A DNA stretch of 64,000 nt from positions 1-64,000 of the forward strand of contig JAEOTR010000079.1 in assembly GCA_016839705.1 (NCBI GenBank), given 5' to 3'. Every line of letters begins with the position of its first letter. Within the stretch, counting starts at the first letter, position 1. The notes beneath the pieces are model-generated. The model had not been told where the DNA came from and did no database searches. It worked only from the letters and a program-made list of their open reading frames with translations. Positions 9,936-20,764 of the stretch are shown one piece after another. The position numbers were made by a program, and so were the translations under genes. The stretch is from Promethearchaeota archaeon. GTDB taxonomy: Archaea > Asgardarchaeota > Lokiarchaeia > Sigyniarchaeales > SOKP01.

Positions 9936-11387
9936 TTATTTTTCCCAGGATTCATATTCTTTCATAAATTCATCTGGTTTCCATTGAGATTCCATGAATT
10001 TGAGAATTCCACTGCTATCTCGTGGTCCAACCACAACAAAAGCATCAGCTTCATCTTCTAGAGCACCACTTAAACGTGCAGCCATACCAGGAATAACAAG
10101 GACTCGATGTTTCACGTTATCAAACACATTAAACTCTTTAACTGCTTCTGCAATTCCTCCGGCATTAAACTGACCACCTGCTACGGCACTTTCAATACCT
10201 ATTCCTTCTGTATCAACAACTAAAAGCCAACAGTTCAGGTTAGCTCCTTGCAAATCCTGTTCAACAGGGATCTTCGTCATACGATAATTACTCGTGACGA
10301 AAATTGGGTCCATTTCACCTGGTTCGCCAACTTTATAAAGACCAGCATCAACAGCAGGATATATTCTCGGATCTGAAAATACACTCTGGCGTAAAGTCAT
10401 TAATGCTAAGAGTGCCCAAATATCCTCCTTTTTCTGACCTGTATGTAAGATAATTAAGCTGGTGCCAATGGATTCCATTATTGCTCCCATGATTATTTCT
10501 TGAAATTTATGCTCCCATAGTTCTTTATCCTCCCCGATCTTCACTTGACTCCAATATACAGCCGGAACTCCCATAACTGGCCATCCTGCGTTAACATCTT
10601 CTTTGTCAATAGCAGCACTTCTTAATTGCATAATATTATCGTAGGTTACTGAAAGATTACCAGGACCGAAAAACGAACCTGAATCTAATACTATTTCTTT
10701 TACTCCTAACTTCTGTAATGTTGCGCTAACTGACATAAGTTCATCCAGATCGTTTGAAAACACAGCAACGGGTAAGTTATTCTTTACAGCAAATGTTCCT
10801 AATTGTTCCCAAGAATCCTTTGTTGCAGCATAGAGTAATGGTTTTTTACTTTTTATTGCTTCTGCGGCATATAACAAATTATCAGTATTAAAGGTGCATA
10901 ACATAATGGGAAGGTTTGAAACCTCTCCTATTTTGTTAGCAGCAAGTTTAAATTGTTCCTTATCTCCCGATACGTTTCGTAAAGCAATACCATCTAAAGT
11001 AAGCACATCACCAATCCTCTCTAACTTAATATCAGTAAGATATTTGATAGTTTCCTCTAAATCCGCATCATCGTCTGCGATTTCAATGAATATTGCGGTT
11101 TGATTGTAAAAAGTTAATTGATGCCTCATTAGCACTTCCTCTCCACCTATAGTAACAGCACGTTCACCAGTTCCAATGACTACTGGTTTTTGAGGGGGTG
11201 TGATTAATTTAATAAGCTTGTCTCGATTTTTTGCCTGTTTAGGTAGGCTTAAATGAGTACAATCCCGAACACTTACCTTTCTTTCTAGGATATCTGTCGC
11301 GAAAGCCATGCAGGTATCATATCCGCATTCTTTACAATTACTTTTATCTAAAACAGCGTAAACTTCTAATGGACTTGGCCTCGGCAT
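9936..11387 (-). CDS. cdhE: acetyl-CoA decarbonylase/synthase gamma subunit (corrinoid Fe-S protein large subunit)
   Basis: N-terminal NCKECGYDTCMAFA...C cluster, IGGEEVLMRH, FVTSNY, IPGMAARLSG, VGPRDSS. Confidence 0.92.
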   Translation of the reverse strand: MPRPSPLEVYAVLDKSNCKECGYDTCMAFATDILERKVSVRDCTHLSLPKQAKNRDKLIKLITPPQKPVVIGTGERAVTIGGEEVLMRHQLTFYNQTAIFIEIADDDADLEETIKYLTDIKLERIGDVLTLDGIALRNVSGDKEQFKLAANKIGEVSNLPIMLCTFNTDNLLYAAEAIKSKKPLLYAATKDSWEQLGTFAVKNNLPVAVFSNDLDELMSVSATLQKLGVKEIVLDSGSFFGPGNLSVTYDNIMQLRSAAIDKEDVNAGWPVMGVPAVYWSQVKIGEDKELWEHKFQEIIMGAIMESIGTSLIILHTGQKKEDIWALLALMTLRQSVFSDPRIYPAVDAGLYKVGEPGEMDPIFVTSNYRMTKIPVEQDLQGANLNCWLLVVDTEGIGIESAVAGGQFNAGGIAEAVKEFNVFDNVKHRVLVIPGMAARLSGALEDEADAFVVVGPRDSSGILKFMESQWKPDEFMKEYESWEK

Positions 11388-11990
11388 ATCATTTTCTCCA
11401 AATACTTAATTCTTGATATCTCTCTTTAGAATATTTTGATGATTAGACTAATTGTAAATTCAATTAAAATGTTATTAAAGAGTATTTTAATTCCATTAAA
11501 TTTTGATAATCAAACAATAAAATACATCATTTTTAATCTAAGCTTATAGGAAACATTTTAGGAAAGTAAAAATAATTTAACCTTACAAATCTTGATATAA
11601 GATAATTTTAGGAATCTTTCATTTTTCTGATTCTTTTTTAAGCACTGGCATAACTTACAATTCTTTTTGACAAATAAATTAAGGATGCAGGAAAATCTTA
11701 ATATAATAAAAGAAATATAGAGTTAGAATCCAAATTGGATTCTACTAATCCTTTATGGTTGTGTCTCCCCTTGAAATGGCATTGTAGTAAACCTCTTCCC
11801 CAACTATAAATGCTTAGGTAGTTACATATCATATTTTATTTATATAAAGTACGAGAAAAAATGGAAGGATCTTAGCACGGCAAAAATCTTATAAGTAAAT
11901 TTATCGAAGTAAAATTATATATATCTAACAAGATTATTAAAAAAGTAGAAGATTTTCAACAACGGGTTAAAAATGTAAATATAATTATTC

Positions 11991-14900
11991 ATGTCAACTC
12001 TAAAAAATTTAAACATATTGAATAAAATATTTAGCATACAAGAAAACAAGTCGATTCAATATTATTTTGAATTAATAATAACGGATTTAGGTGATTATTT
12101 AGATTTACAGCCAATTAATAAAAATGTTGAAATTAGGTTACTTTCTGAAGATATTGGAGTTGAAGAGAATGTAAAAATCCTTGATCTAGGTGTTAATAGA
12201 ACCTATAAAAATAGTTCTCTCATAATTGAGATCTATGAAAAGAATGAGGATTTTCTGCCCTTTATTTTACTTCGGGAGGCATATTACTGTTTTGTGCCAA
12301 AGGAAGTGAAAGACAATGAAATGATTAAAGTTTATATTAATCAAATTATAGAAAATGATCTTGAGAAAGCAGATGGTTTTAGAAATTGGCATACTTTTAT
12401 TCGAGATAAATTAGTCGATAGAGATTTTTTAATTGCACAAGTGGATAAACTACGGAAGTTTTTTAAGATTGAAGCATCTGAAGAGCATGAAACCCCAGTT
12501 CAATTTTTTTTTAGCGAGATTCATGAAAACGCATTAATTATTGAAAATCGAAATATAGCTAATTTCTATAATGAATTATTTGAGAAATACACATACAAAA
12601 CTTCAAAATCTCTCTATAATGAAGATATCATTAAAACTCTACAAAAATTATTGAAATTATTTTATAAAAACAAAAAATATGTGAATCTTACAGATTATCA
12701 AAATTTGTACAAAAAACTATTAGAAGAGGAGAAGATAGAATCAAATTTAAGTTCATTAAGATTTTATAACAACTTGTTATGGATTAATAATTGTACATCA
12801 ATCGCTCCTAGCTATAATATTGTTTATAATGCAATAGGTCGTTCTCCTCTTATTTGTGAAATAACATTCAATCCTCTTTTAGAAAGGAATAAAGTAAAAA
12901 GATTATTTGAAAATTTCCCCTTTGTAAGTTCACCAAAAACCATAGAAAACAGTTTTGCTAGTAAAATTACTATGGTAATTAATCTACCAAAAGTTTATTT
13001 AAAAGACTTAAAAAAGTATTTAAATAAATGTAAAGCACACGGATATATTATTGACAAGCGTGTTTACTTTTTTAAATCCGTAAAGAACTTTCTAAATTTA
13101 AACTATTATTCAGATATCTCCAACTCCTCAAAAATAATTAATCCATCGTTAAGAAGTTACAATAAAGATTATGAGTGCGAACATTTAATTAATTTTCCCT
13201 TTAATCCTCCTATATATCCACTCTCACTATTTGAGAGTACTATTCTTGATAGAATAACTTATCTTTCGGTTACAGGGTTAACATTTGATAAAAGAGTTGA
13301 GACTTTAAATGCTATAAAAGAGGATGTAGAAAATGAATACCGAAAACAATTGACATATATAACAGATTTCAAGGAAAGTTTTAAAAAATTGTTAAATTCT
13401 GCACAATTAAAGGAAGAATTCATAACCTTTCTTACTCAAAATCAAAATCAAGGTTTTTTCTTTGTGCATGAAACTTTGAGCTTGTTAATAAAGAATTTAA
13501 CTGTGATAGAAAAAATTTCAAATAAAAATCCGAAAATCTCAAATGCTTATAAACTCACTAATTTCTTACAAAAAAATAACGTTTCTAATGTTCTTGAAGA
13601 AAATTTACTTTTCCAAGACATTACTATTAAAAAAATTATTTTTAATGATATTCTTCCAAAGTATTTTCAATCTATTATATCACTTAAGAAAGAAATTGAA
13701 AAAATGCAGTTGTTTTACGAAGTAATAAATTCTTGTTATAACCTTAAACTCTTTAATATAAATTCAATAACCTCCATTATAAAAAATCCAGATTTAGTTA
13801 CAAAGATAAATAGAACAAAAGAAGAAAGGCTGAAAAATGCATTCAAACGTGCTAAATCATATAAAATAACAAATCAAAAAATTGAAGCAACTATTACCAA
13901 ATTCTTAGCTAACACGCCCCCTATTATCGTTCCAATGCTTCTAAATACGATTATAACGAGTCAATTTGCTAAATATTATCCCGAGACATTTCTCAAAGAT
14001 ACTCCTGAAAATCATAAGAAGCTTGAAAAATTTAAATCATATTTTCCCCGAGTTCTAACTTCAGAATTGGAAGATAGTGACACTAAAGACAAGCTAATAC
14101 AAATATTACCTTATTCTGTAAATATCAATGAAAAGGGGAAATATATTTCAAGTTTATTTCAAACCTTCAAGGAGGATTTGATTGCAACAAGAAGGAATTT
14201 TTGGAGAGGTATTGTCAGAAAATCCCAAATTAGAGTAAAAGATTTTTATGATTTTGAGAACAAGGAGTTTTTTTATACTAAAGATTTCTTCGAACAGTTT
14301 TATATTTATTCTCAAAAGATTTTAGGTAAAGGTAACTTAGGGAAATATGAGAAAAAGAGAAAATCATTAAGGCCTAATTTGTTCTGGTCAACGGATCATA
14401 GGATGGAAAATTTAATAAAAAATGAAAGAAAAAGAGTCTCTCATCAAAAAATTAATTTTGATTCAAATAATATAAACAAATTAATTGAATTTAGAACCGA
14501 GTTAGAACACTTATTATTAGACCATGGTGAGTTCATTGATGCAAAATCATCTGATTTTTTTAACACTTATGTTAAGTCGATAAAGTTTATACCAGCTTTT
14601 AGAAAATATGGTCTAGCTCAATATTACATATTTTTTTTACCTCACGATTGGAATGATATAGACTTAAAACTATTATTTATCAACTCATTTCAGAGTATTA
14701 AATATCCTGCTCAATTTGAACAGAATCAACCAGTATTCATAAAATCTCTTTTTCCTTACAGAACACCTAACAAATCATATATAAACTGGCTAGCTAAATC
14801 AAAAAAAGCAGTACAGGAGTGTTGTTTCTTTTTTATCAAAAAATTTTATGATACAACTCATTTTGATCATAGCATCAGCACTGCGGGATGGCATTATTCA

Positions 14901-15665
14901 TCAAATCATTTCAAACTTCACACCCAAAATGTTCTTTTTAACCCAACTTATATCCCTCAAATAAAAAACGTAAGAGAATTTAATATTGATAAATATTCTA
15001 ACACAGCAGTGTTTGGTCCTGAAACCCCCGAGTTTGAAATGTTGACTCAAATTTATAATTGTCGTCCTTTGGATATTAAATCTTACTTAGGAACTAATAA
15101 ACAATCAATTATCAATAGAATTACTTCTCTTCTAAGGAAAGAGTTAATTTTTCCTATCCTCTCATTTAAAAATTTAGGATTTCAAGAAAAAATCTCACTA
15201 ATTCTGCCTAATGTTAAAACAGACTTAAAAGATAAGATAGTTAAATTATTCAGTTTCTTCAATAGGTGTCGGATATATGAGATTGAAGGAGATTTTTATT
15301 TCCATGGTTTTAAGGAGATGAAGTCATTTGAGACGGGATTTTTGATTGAAATTTGGTTCCCCAAATGTGAATTGGACGAAATTTTTGATGTGTTTGTTTA
15401 TTTGTTTGAATATTTAGAAATAAATCACTATCTTATATTAACTGATTTAGTCAATGGTAATACTCTAATTAAAAATGCATTTGGTAATTTAAAATTCTTA
15501 GAAAAATATAATCCACTAATTAACCTCAAATGGAATGCTAAAGATAAAATTTGGATGAACCATAAAATATTCAATGAGAAATTTGAACCAATTTATCCCG
15601 ATTTGTTTTATGGTTCTAAAATAGATAAAACTAAATTTAGTGATAGAGATTATGAAGATCAATAG
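11991..15665 (+). CDS. large hypothetical protein (1224 aa), possibly tandem wHTH-Lrp/AsnC-like units
   Basis: 3.7 kb ORF; recurrent linker motifs APSYNIVYNAIG, FIPAFRKYGL, IFPILSFKNLG resembling Lrp/AsnC HTH-RAM junctions. Confidence 0.55.
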   Translation: MSTLKNLNILNKIFSIQENKSIQYYFELIITDLGDYLDLQPINKNVEIRLLSEDIGVEENVKILDLGVNRTYKNSSLIIEIYEKNEDFLPFILLREAYYCFVPKEVKDNEMIKVYINQIIENDLEKADGFRNWHTFIRDKLVDRDFLIAQVDKLRKFFKIEASEEHETPVQFFFSEIHENALIIENRNIANFYNELFEKYTYKTSKSLYNEDIIKTLQKLLKLFYKNKKYVNLTDYQNLYKKLLEEEKIESNLSSLRFYNNLLWINNCTSIAPSYNIVYNAIGRSPLICEITFNPLLERNKVKRLFENFPFVSSPKTIENSFASKITMVINLPKVYLKDLKKYLNKCKAHGYIIDKRVYFFKSVKNFLNLNYYSDISNSSKIINPSLRSYNKDYECEHLINFPFNPPIYPLSLFESTILDRITYLSVTGLTFDKRVETLNAIKEDVENEYRKQLTYITDFKESFKKLLNSAQLKEEFITFLTQNQNQGFFFVHETLSLLIKNLTVIEKISNKNPKISNAYKLTNFLQKNNVSNVLEENLLFQDITIKKIIFNDILPKYFQSIISLKKEIEKMQLFYEVINSCYNLKLFNINSITSIIKNPDLVTKINRTKEERLKNAFKRAKSYKITNQKIEATITKFLANTPPIIVPMLLNTIITSQFAKYYPETFLKDTPENHKKLEKFKSYFPRVLTSELEDSDTKDKLIQILPYSVNINEKGKYISSLFQTFKEDLIATRRNFWRGIVRKSQIRVKDFYDFENKEFFYTKDFFEQFYIYSQKILGKGNLGKYEKKRKSLRPNLFWSTDHRMENLIKNERKRVSHQKINFDSNNINKLIEFRTELEHLLLDHGEFIDAKSSDFFNTYVKSIKFIPAFRKYGLAQYYIFFLPHDWNDIDLKLLFINSFQSIKYPAQFEQNQPVFIKSLFPYRTPNKSYINWLAKSKKAVQECCFFFIKKFYDTTHFDHSISTAGWHYSSNHFKLHTQNVLFNPTYIPQIKNVREFNIDKYSNTAVFGPETPEFEMLTQIYNCRPLDIKSYLGTNKQSIINRITSLLRKELIFPILSFKNLGFQEKISLILPNVKTDLKDKIVKLFSFFNRCRIYEIEGDFYFHGFKEMKSFETGFLIEIWFPKCELDEIFDVFVYLFEYLEINHYLILTDLVNGNTLIKNAFGNLKFLEKYNPLINLKWNAKDKIWMNHKIFNEKFEPIYPDLFYGSKIDKTKFSDRDYEDQ

Positions 15666-16042
15666 AACTCAGCTTTGATATATAATTAAGATTAAGATTT
15701 ATGTTATAAACGCCGATAATTAATATTCTTATAGCTTTCTTTATTATTATTAGCAAAATTCTCTAAGCTATTTTTTTCCATAACTACTTTGGTTATAAGT
15801 TTCACTTTTTTCAACACAAAATACAATTTTCCTCAATTGACAATTATGTTAATGAGGACTAAAATTGAAATTTTCTAGAATTCGACATTATTGTCAAATC
15901 GATTTTATAGAGTAGAACGCTTCTACTTACCGATCAAGTCTCTCATGATTATATTTAAATATAATACTCCTTCCCAATATCTTTTAAGACAAAATTTTTC
16001 GGTAAGAAAAGTTATTATCCAGAGTGAGGCAGGAAATAATTT

Positions 16043-16077
16043 TCCTCCAACCAATAACGTTGGAGGATCCTTTTTTT
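16043..16077 (+). terminator. perfect 9-bp hairpin followed by a T-run
   Basis: TCCTCCAAC-caataac-GTTGGAGGA then TCC TTTTTTT. Confidence 0.5.
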
Positions 16078-16179
16078 CTTGACTACTTGTTAGGTAAATA
16101 TTCCTTTAATTTTTTGAGTTACTCGTTAAATGTAATAAAAAGAAAAAAATAAAATTATCTTTATTCATTCAAATTGAAG

Positions 16180-16746
16180 TTAATAGTACTCCGTTTTCGA
16201 CACTAGCAAAGCGAAGAATCCATAGAAAATAATATTTACTATACAACTGATAACCAGAAAGATTATCATCACTTCGACTGTAATTGTAATCACAATTGTA
16301 GACCAAGCTGGACCATATAAGGTTGTCAAGGTTCCTTGAAATATAGGGCTTAAAAATGCACCAATAATTACCGCTACAGTACTTATAACAGCAGTTAACA
16401 ACCATCCTGCAAATCCTTGAAACTTACTCTCCGCGAATTTTCCCGCTAGAATCGCTGCGATAAGAGGTGCAATTAGAAATCCCAATCCCACAATAAGAAA
16501 ATCCATTACATTTGGGGGAAAAATAGGTAGAATAATAACCCAATTTAAAATTATTGAAGGGATACTAGCGATCGAGCCAAATAGATAATATATAATCATA
16601 AGTGGGGCATATTGAGGTGAACTAGGGTTAAATCTATTAAGCAATTCACCAAATCCTGGTCCTAATGCTAAATACAATATTGAAAATATAAAATTTAATC
16701 CCACGAAAGCAACTAAACTTAATAAAAATGTTTTCCCAAATCCCAT
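16180..16746 (-). CDS. multi-pass membrane protein
   Basis: About 5 hydrophobic segments. Confidence 0.75.
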   Translation of the reverse strand: MGFGKTFLLSLVAFVGLNFIFSILYLALGPGFGELLNRFNPSSPQYAPLMIIYYLFGSIASIPSIILNWVIILPIFPPNVMDFLIVGLGFLIAPLIAAILAGKFAESKFQGFAGWLLTAVISTVAVIIGAFLSPIFQGTLTTLYGPAWSTIVITITVEVMIIFLVISCIVNIIFYGFFALLVSKTEYY

Positions 16747-16994
16747 TTTTCTCAGACTCGTCTATTAATTAATTTTAATTAAGAATACTATTTATTAAGA
16801 TATAAACGTAAATAATTTTTAAATTTTAGTGTAAGAGAAAATTAAAATTCAGCTATGTCAAACTAAACATAAAGTTCTTTGTTAAATATTAAATGAGATT
16901 AAAAGGAGCATATTAACTTGGTTAAATCAAAAAACATGAGGAACGGTAAAACCAAATTTAAATATTTTTATTCTCTTAATATATTGATTATTAA

Positions 16995-18023
16995 ATGAGA
17001 AGAAATAGCAAGAACTTTGCTCTTGGAAAACTTAAACACAAATATTTAGCTGACTTAATTGCGAATCTCGAAATTCATGATGAAAGGGTAATTTCGGGTT
17101 CTAAAATCGGAGAAGATGCTGCGGTGATTGACATTCCAGGTGATAAATATTTAGTAGCTAAGACTGATCCAATCACCTTTGCCACAGAAGAGATAGGATA
17201 TTATGTAGTAAATATTAATGTTAATGATCTTGTATGCACTGGAGCAAAACCGCAATGGTTTCAATCTACAATATTACTACCTGAAAAAAACACCACTGCG
17301 GAACTAATTGAAAAAATATATGAGGATATTAATAACGCATGTAAATCTATGGGAATTACCGTAATCGGGGGACATACCGAAATTACACCACAACTCAATA
17401 GACCAGTGATCATAGGTTCATTATTAGGAGAAGTCGAAAAGAATAAACTTGTTCTTACTTCTGGTGCAGAGCCGGGAGATGCATTAATATTAACTAAAGG
17501 TATATTCATTGAAGGAACATCTATAATAGGGCGCGAGAAACAAAAGCAGTTAGTAGATCAAGGATTTGATCATGATTTCATACAAAAGTGCCAAGATTAC
17601 TTATTTGATCCAGGCATAAGTGTTTATAGAGAAGCTTTACTAGCACATAGTAATTTTGAAATCAAATCCTGTCATGACCCCACTGAGGGGGGATTATATA
17701 CCGCGATAGCTGAAATGACAATTGCTTCAATGACAGGAGTACAAATCGAAGAAGAAAAAATTACTATATTACCTGAGCCCAAAATCCTTAGTAAATTGTT
17801 TAATCTTAATGCTTATAATACAATTTCATCTGGATCCTTATTAATCGCTGCAAATCCAGAAGATTCACCTGAGTTAATTGATCTTTTAAGAAAAAATAAA
17901 ATAATTGCAGAAAAAATTGGAAAATTTGTATCTCAAGAAAAAGGGTTAAGAGTTAAGAAGAAGGATGGTAAATTTTATCCCTTAAAATACTCAGAAACTG
18001 ATGAGATAACAAAAATCTTTTAA
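16995..18023 (+). CDS. AIR synthase-related protein (HypE/PurM superfamily)
   Basis: IGEDAAV, KTDPITF, NVNDL, IGGHTE, CHDPTEGGL. Confidence 0.88.
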   Translation: MRRNSKNFALGKLKHKYLADLIANLEIHDERVISGSKIGEDAAVIDIPGDKYLVAKTDPITFATEEIGYYVVNINVNDLVCTGAKPQWFQSTILLPEKNTTAELIEKIYEDINNACKSMGITVIGGHTEITPQLNRPVIIGSLLGEVEKNKLVLTSGAEPGDALILTKGIFIEGTSIIGREKQKQLVDQGFDHDFIQKCQDYLFDPGISVYREALLAHSNFEIKSCHDPTEGGLYTAIAEMTIASMTGVQIEEEKITILPEPKILSKLFNLNAYNTISSGSLLIAANPEDSPELIDLLRKNKIIAEKIGKFVSQEKGLRVKKKDGKFYPLKYSETDEITKIF

Positions 18024-18161
18024 CTCATAATAAAATTGATTTGTTTTAAAGAATATACTAATATTTTTATTTTCAAAGTTTTATTTTATTAGTAAATAGC
18101 TTTAATTTGGGTTGTAAGGTATCGAATATTCTACACTTAATACATACATAATTGATAAAAT

Positions 18162-20090
18162 TTGGATAATAAAGGATTAGGTACTACATTAGAATATTTA
18201 GAAGAAAAAGTTAAAGGATTAGGGTATGACCTTAAATTGGAAACTGGTGTGCTCTTCGAAATTTTAGAAAGAAAAGAAGAGGATTTCAAAGAATTTCAAA
18301 ACGAAATCATTTTAAAATGGGATGAGTTTACCCAAAAAAACCAGAAAAGGGTTATAAAGAGAACATTTACAACCTTTTTCTATGATAATTTTCATAATTT
18401 TTTTAAATATTTTTTGCGTAACTTCTTTGGATTTAATGAAGGTTCTTTAGAATTGATAAATAAAGAGAAAGTTTCTGATGAATTCTTATTTTTGGAGTAC
18501 AATTATTACTTAACCCAAGAGGAAGAAGAACTTTTTCAAAAATTTTCACGAAAATTCGAATCTGAAGTTTTTTTTGGTTTTTCTTTTCCAATGGGGTATC
18601 TCTATTTTATTATTCGACTTTTAGGTATTTTATTTCGGAAAGCAATTAAGGAACATATATTCATCTTGCTAGATGCAGCGATCGTCAAAACAAGCGACGA
18701 GAATACATCGTTGAATTTTATGATTATAATCAAGAACAGTAAAGATGAACTTTTACATAGCTACTTTGACATGGTGCTTTACTATTTTCTTAGACCCATT
18801 AAAGGCATTTCCGAAGATTACTTCAACAAACTTCTGAAAGGAAGAGAAAAATTATATCAAATGGCCCTGAATGATTATCCATTTGCAAAAGAAAAATTAG
18901 TTGATTTATTATATTATTTTTATACAAAATGTAGACTATTACAAAGCTTTTCTCCATTGTTGGATTTTTTTAATTTTGTGGGAGCAAGGGTGGAAGATTC
19001 TATATTTTCGAAAGTTAATATTATAAGAAAGGAATTTTTAGCAAATCTGGATGATTATAGTACTGAGAAAAAAAATGCTTTACTAGGATTTTTTGATTTC
19101 CTTGATAAAAAATCAACATTATACTCAACATTTCAAGCAAACAATCTACCCTCTCAAAAATCGCAACTAAATTTGTTTCTTTTATATTTGAAATATTATT
19201 TTGGAAGTGGACTTGAAGCTTTAGAAGTTGGAGATCTGCTCTTTTTACCCACAGTTTTTAAGAAAGCCTTAGATAGACACAATAAGAAAGTAGAGGACGT
19301 AATAGGGACAAATTCGATAAAAAATATTAAAAATTTTTTGAAATTCCTCTACACTCTGTCTAACATTGAGCATATTGATCTCTTTTTCTTAAAAATCTTC
19401 AAAAAAACCATATCACATGTGAATTATGGCTTTTTTAAGACTTTTTTAAAAAGCTTCAACTCGAATTTTACATCTAAAATTAATCAAGAAAATGAACTAC
19501 TCTCGGAAAACCCCGAAAACTTTCCCTTTACCTTTGATATAATTGTAGATCATATATGTAGAATTCTTTATGTAATAATCGATAAAATTTTTCTAAGGAC
19601 TAATCCTGATGATGCCTCCAAAAACTTTATTGATCCTAGGAGTCGTTATATAGGGAAAAACATTGCATTGAGGGTTTTAGAATTATTTGTATTTCAAGAT
19701 ATCAACTATAGCGACGATATTTGGCCCGATTTCGTAATTAGCTTAAATAAAGAACAGATTAGGAAGAATATTAAAAAAAAGTTCGATATTTTAATTCCAG
19801 AGACAAAATTCTATACAGATGAAGAGTTAACACAGATAATGATTACTTACAATATACAATCTTTCTCAGATCATCCATATTTTGAGGAATGGTTGATTGA
19901 CGAAGTGATCATCCCATTAAATGATTTCATTCTAAATATCCGTAATTTAGTAAAGGAACCATCTAGTGACATTGAAGTATACGAACAGCTAAGAGAGTAC
20001 TTCCTCTCTGATATTGAAGATAAAGAAATAATAAAAGAGTTTAAGTTTATTTGTCAGGAACTTGCCCCATTTTGGAAAAATCTTGATTAA
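18162..20090 (+). CDS. hypothetical protein (642 aa, helical)
   Basis: Long ORF; no motif recognised. Confidence 0.65.
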   Translation: MDNKGLGTTLEYLEEKVKGLGYDLKLETGVLFEILERKEEDFKEFQNEIILKWDEFTQKNQKRVIKRTFTTFFYDNFHNFFKYFLRNFFGFNEGSLELINKEKVSDEFLFLEYNYYLTQEEEELFQKFSRKFESEVFFGFSFPMGYLYFIIRLLGILFRKAIKEHIFILLDAAIVKTSDENTSLNFMIIIKNSKDELLHSYFDMVLYYFLRPIKGISEDYFNKLLKGREKLYQMALNDYPFAKEKLVDLLYYFYTKCRLLQSFSPLLDFFNFVGARVEDSIFSKVNIIRKEFLANLDDYSTEKKNALLGFFDFLDKKSTLYSTFQANNLPSQKSQLNLFLLYLKYYFGSGLEALEVGDLLFLPTVFKKALDRHNKKVEDVIGTNSIKNIKNFLKFLYTLSNIEHIDLFFLKIFKKTISHVNYGFFKTFLKSFNSNFTSKINQENELLSENPENFPFTFDIIVDHICRILYVIIDKIFLRTNPDDASKNFIDPRSRYIGKNIALRVLELFVFQDINYSDDIWPDFVISLNKEQIRKNIKKKFDILIPETKFYTDEELTQIMITYNIQSFSDHPYFEEWLIDEVIIPLNDFILNIRNLVKEPSSDIEVYEQLREYFLSDIEDKEIIKEFKFICQELAPFWKNLD

Positions 20091-20100
20091 ATTAAATAGG

Positions 20101-20622
20101 TTATTTAATTTTAAATATTTCTAAGAATTTTTGAAAGTCTCTTTCAAGCTCTAATATAGGTGGATCATAAATAATATCTCTATACTTTTCATCAGAGCAG
20201 ATTATTCCTGTGATCATTTTAACATTTTTCTTCAACTGTGGTTCAATCTCCTCTAAATTTTTTACACATAATAGAGTTGGATGGTTCAAATGTCGGAATC
20301 CTTCAGTAAAAAACAAGTCTATATCATATGGACCTTTCTGAAGCCATGTAATAAGTCCATCTAGATTATCTTCTTTGATTTTTAAAAAAATACCAATATC
20401 GTTAGTAATGTTTTTAATAATTGAAAATAATGCACCAGATTCTGCGAATCTATATGAATCTTTTCCCTCTTTATCTATTTGGTGATGTTTAACGTTCTTA
20501 ATAACAGCTACCTTATAATTCATCTGCTTTTTAAGTAATTCTATCGCTTTTGCTATAAAATATGTCTTACCTGAACCAGAATATCCAATAACATCAATTA
20601 TTTTAATTGAAATCACACACAC
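20101..20622 (-). CDS. mobB: molybdopterin-guanine dinucleotide biosynthesis protein B
   Basis: GYSGSGKT, VAVIK, DKEGKDSYRF, TEGF. Confidence 0.9.
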   Translation of the reverse strand: MCVISIKIIDVIGYSGSGKTYFIAKAIELLKKQMNYKVAVIKNVKHHQIDKEGKDSYRFAESGALFSIIKNITNDIGIFLKIKEDNLDGLITWLQKGPYDIDLFFTEGFRHLNHPTLLCVKNLEEIEPQLKKNVKMITGIICSDEKYRDIIYDPPILELERDFQKFLEIFKIK

Positions 20623-20764
20623 TAATTTTGAATATTTCTCAAAGTTTAACTACCTTAGTTGTTTTTAATTATACTATTTTCAATAAAAAAGATTATAATA
20701 TTTTACTATTTAATATTTATTTAGTTAAGATTTTCTATATATCTCAAAATTAAGTTATTCTCGA

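Noticed and set aside
16995-18023. Selenophosphate synthetase SelD or true HypE
   Set aside because: No N-terminal Cys/Sec-x-x-K and no C-terminal PRIC; it ends in DEITKIF like uncharacterised AIR-synthase-related proteins
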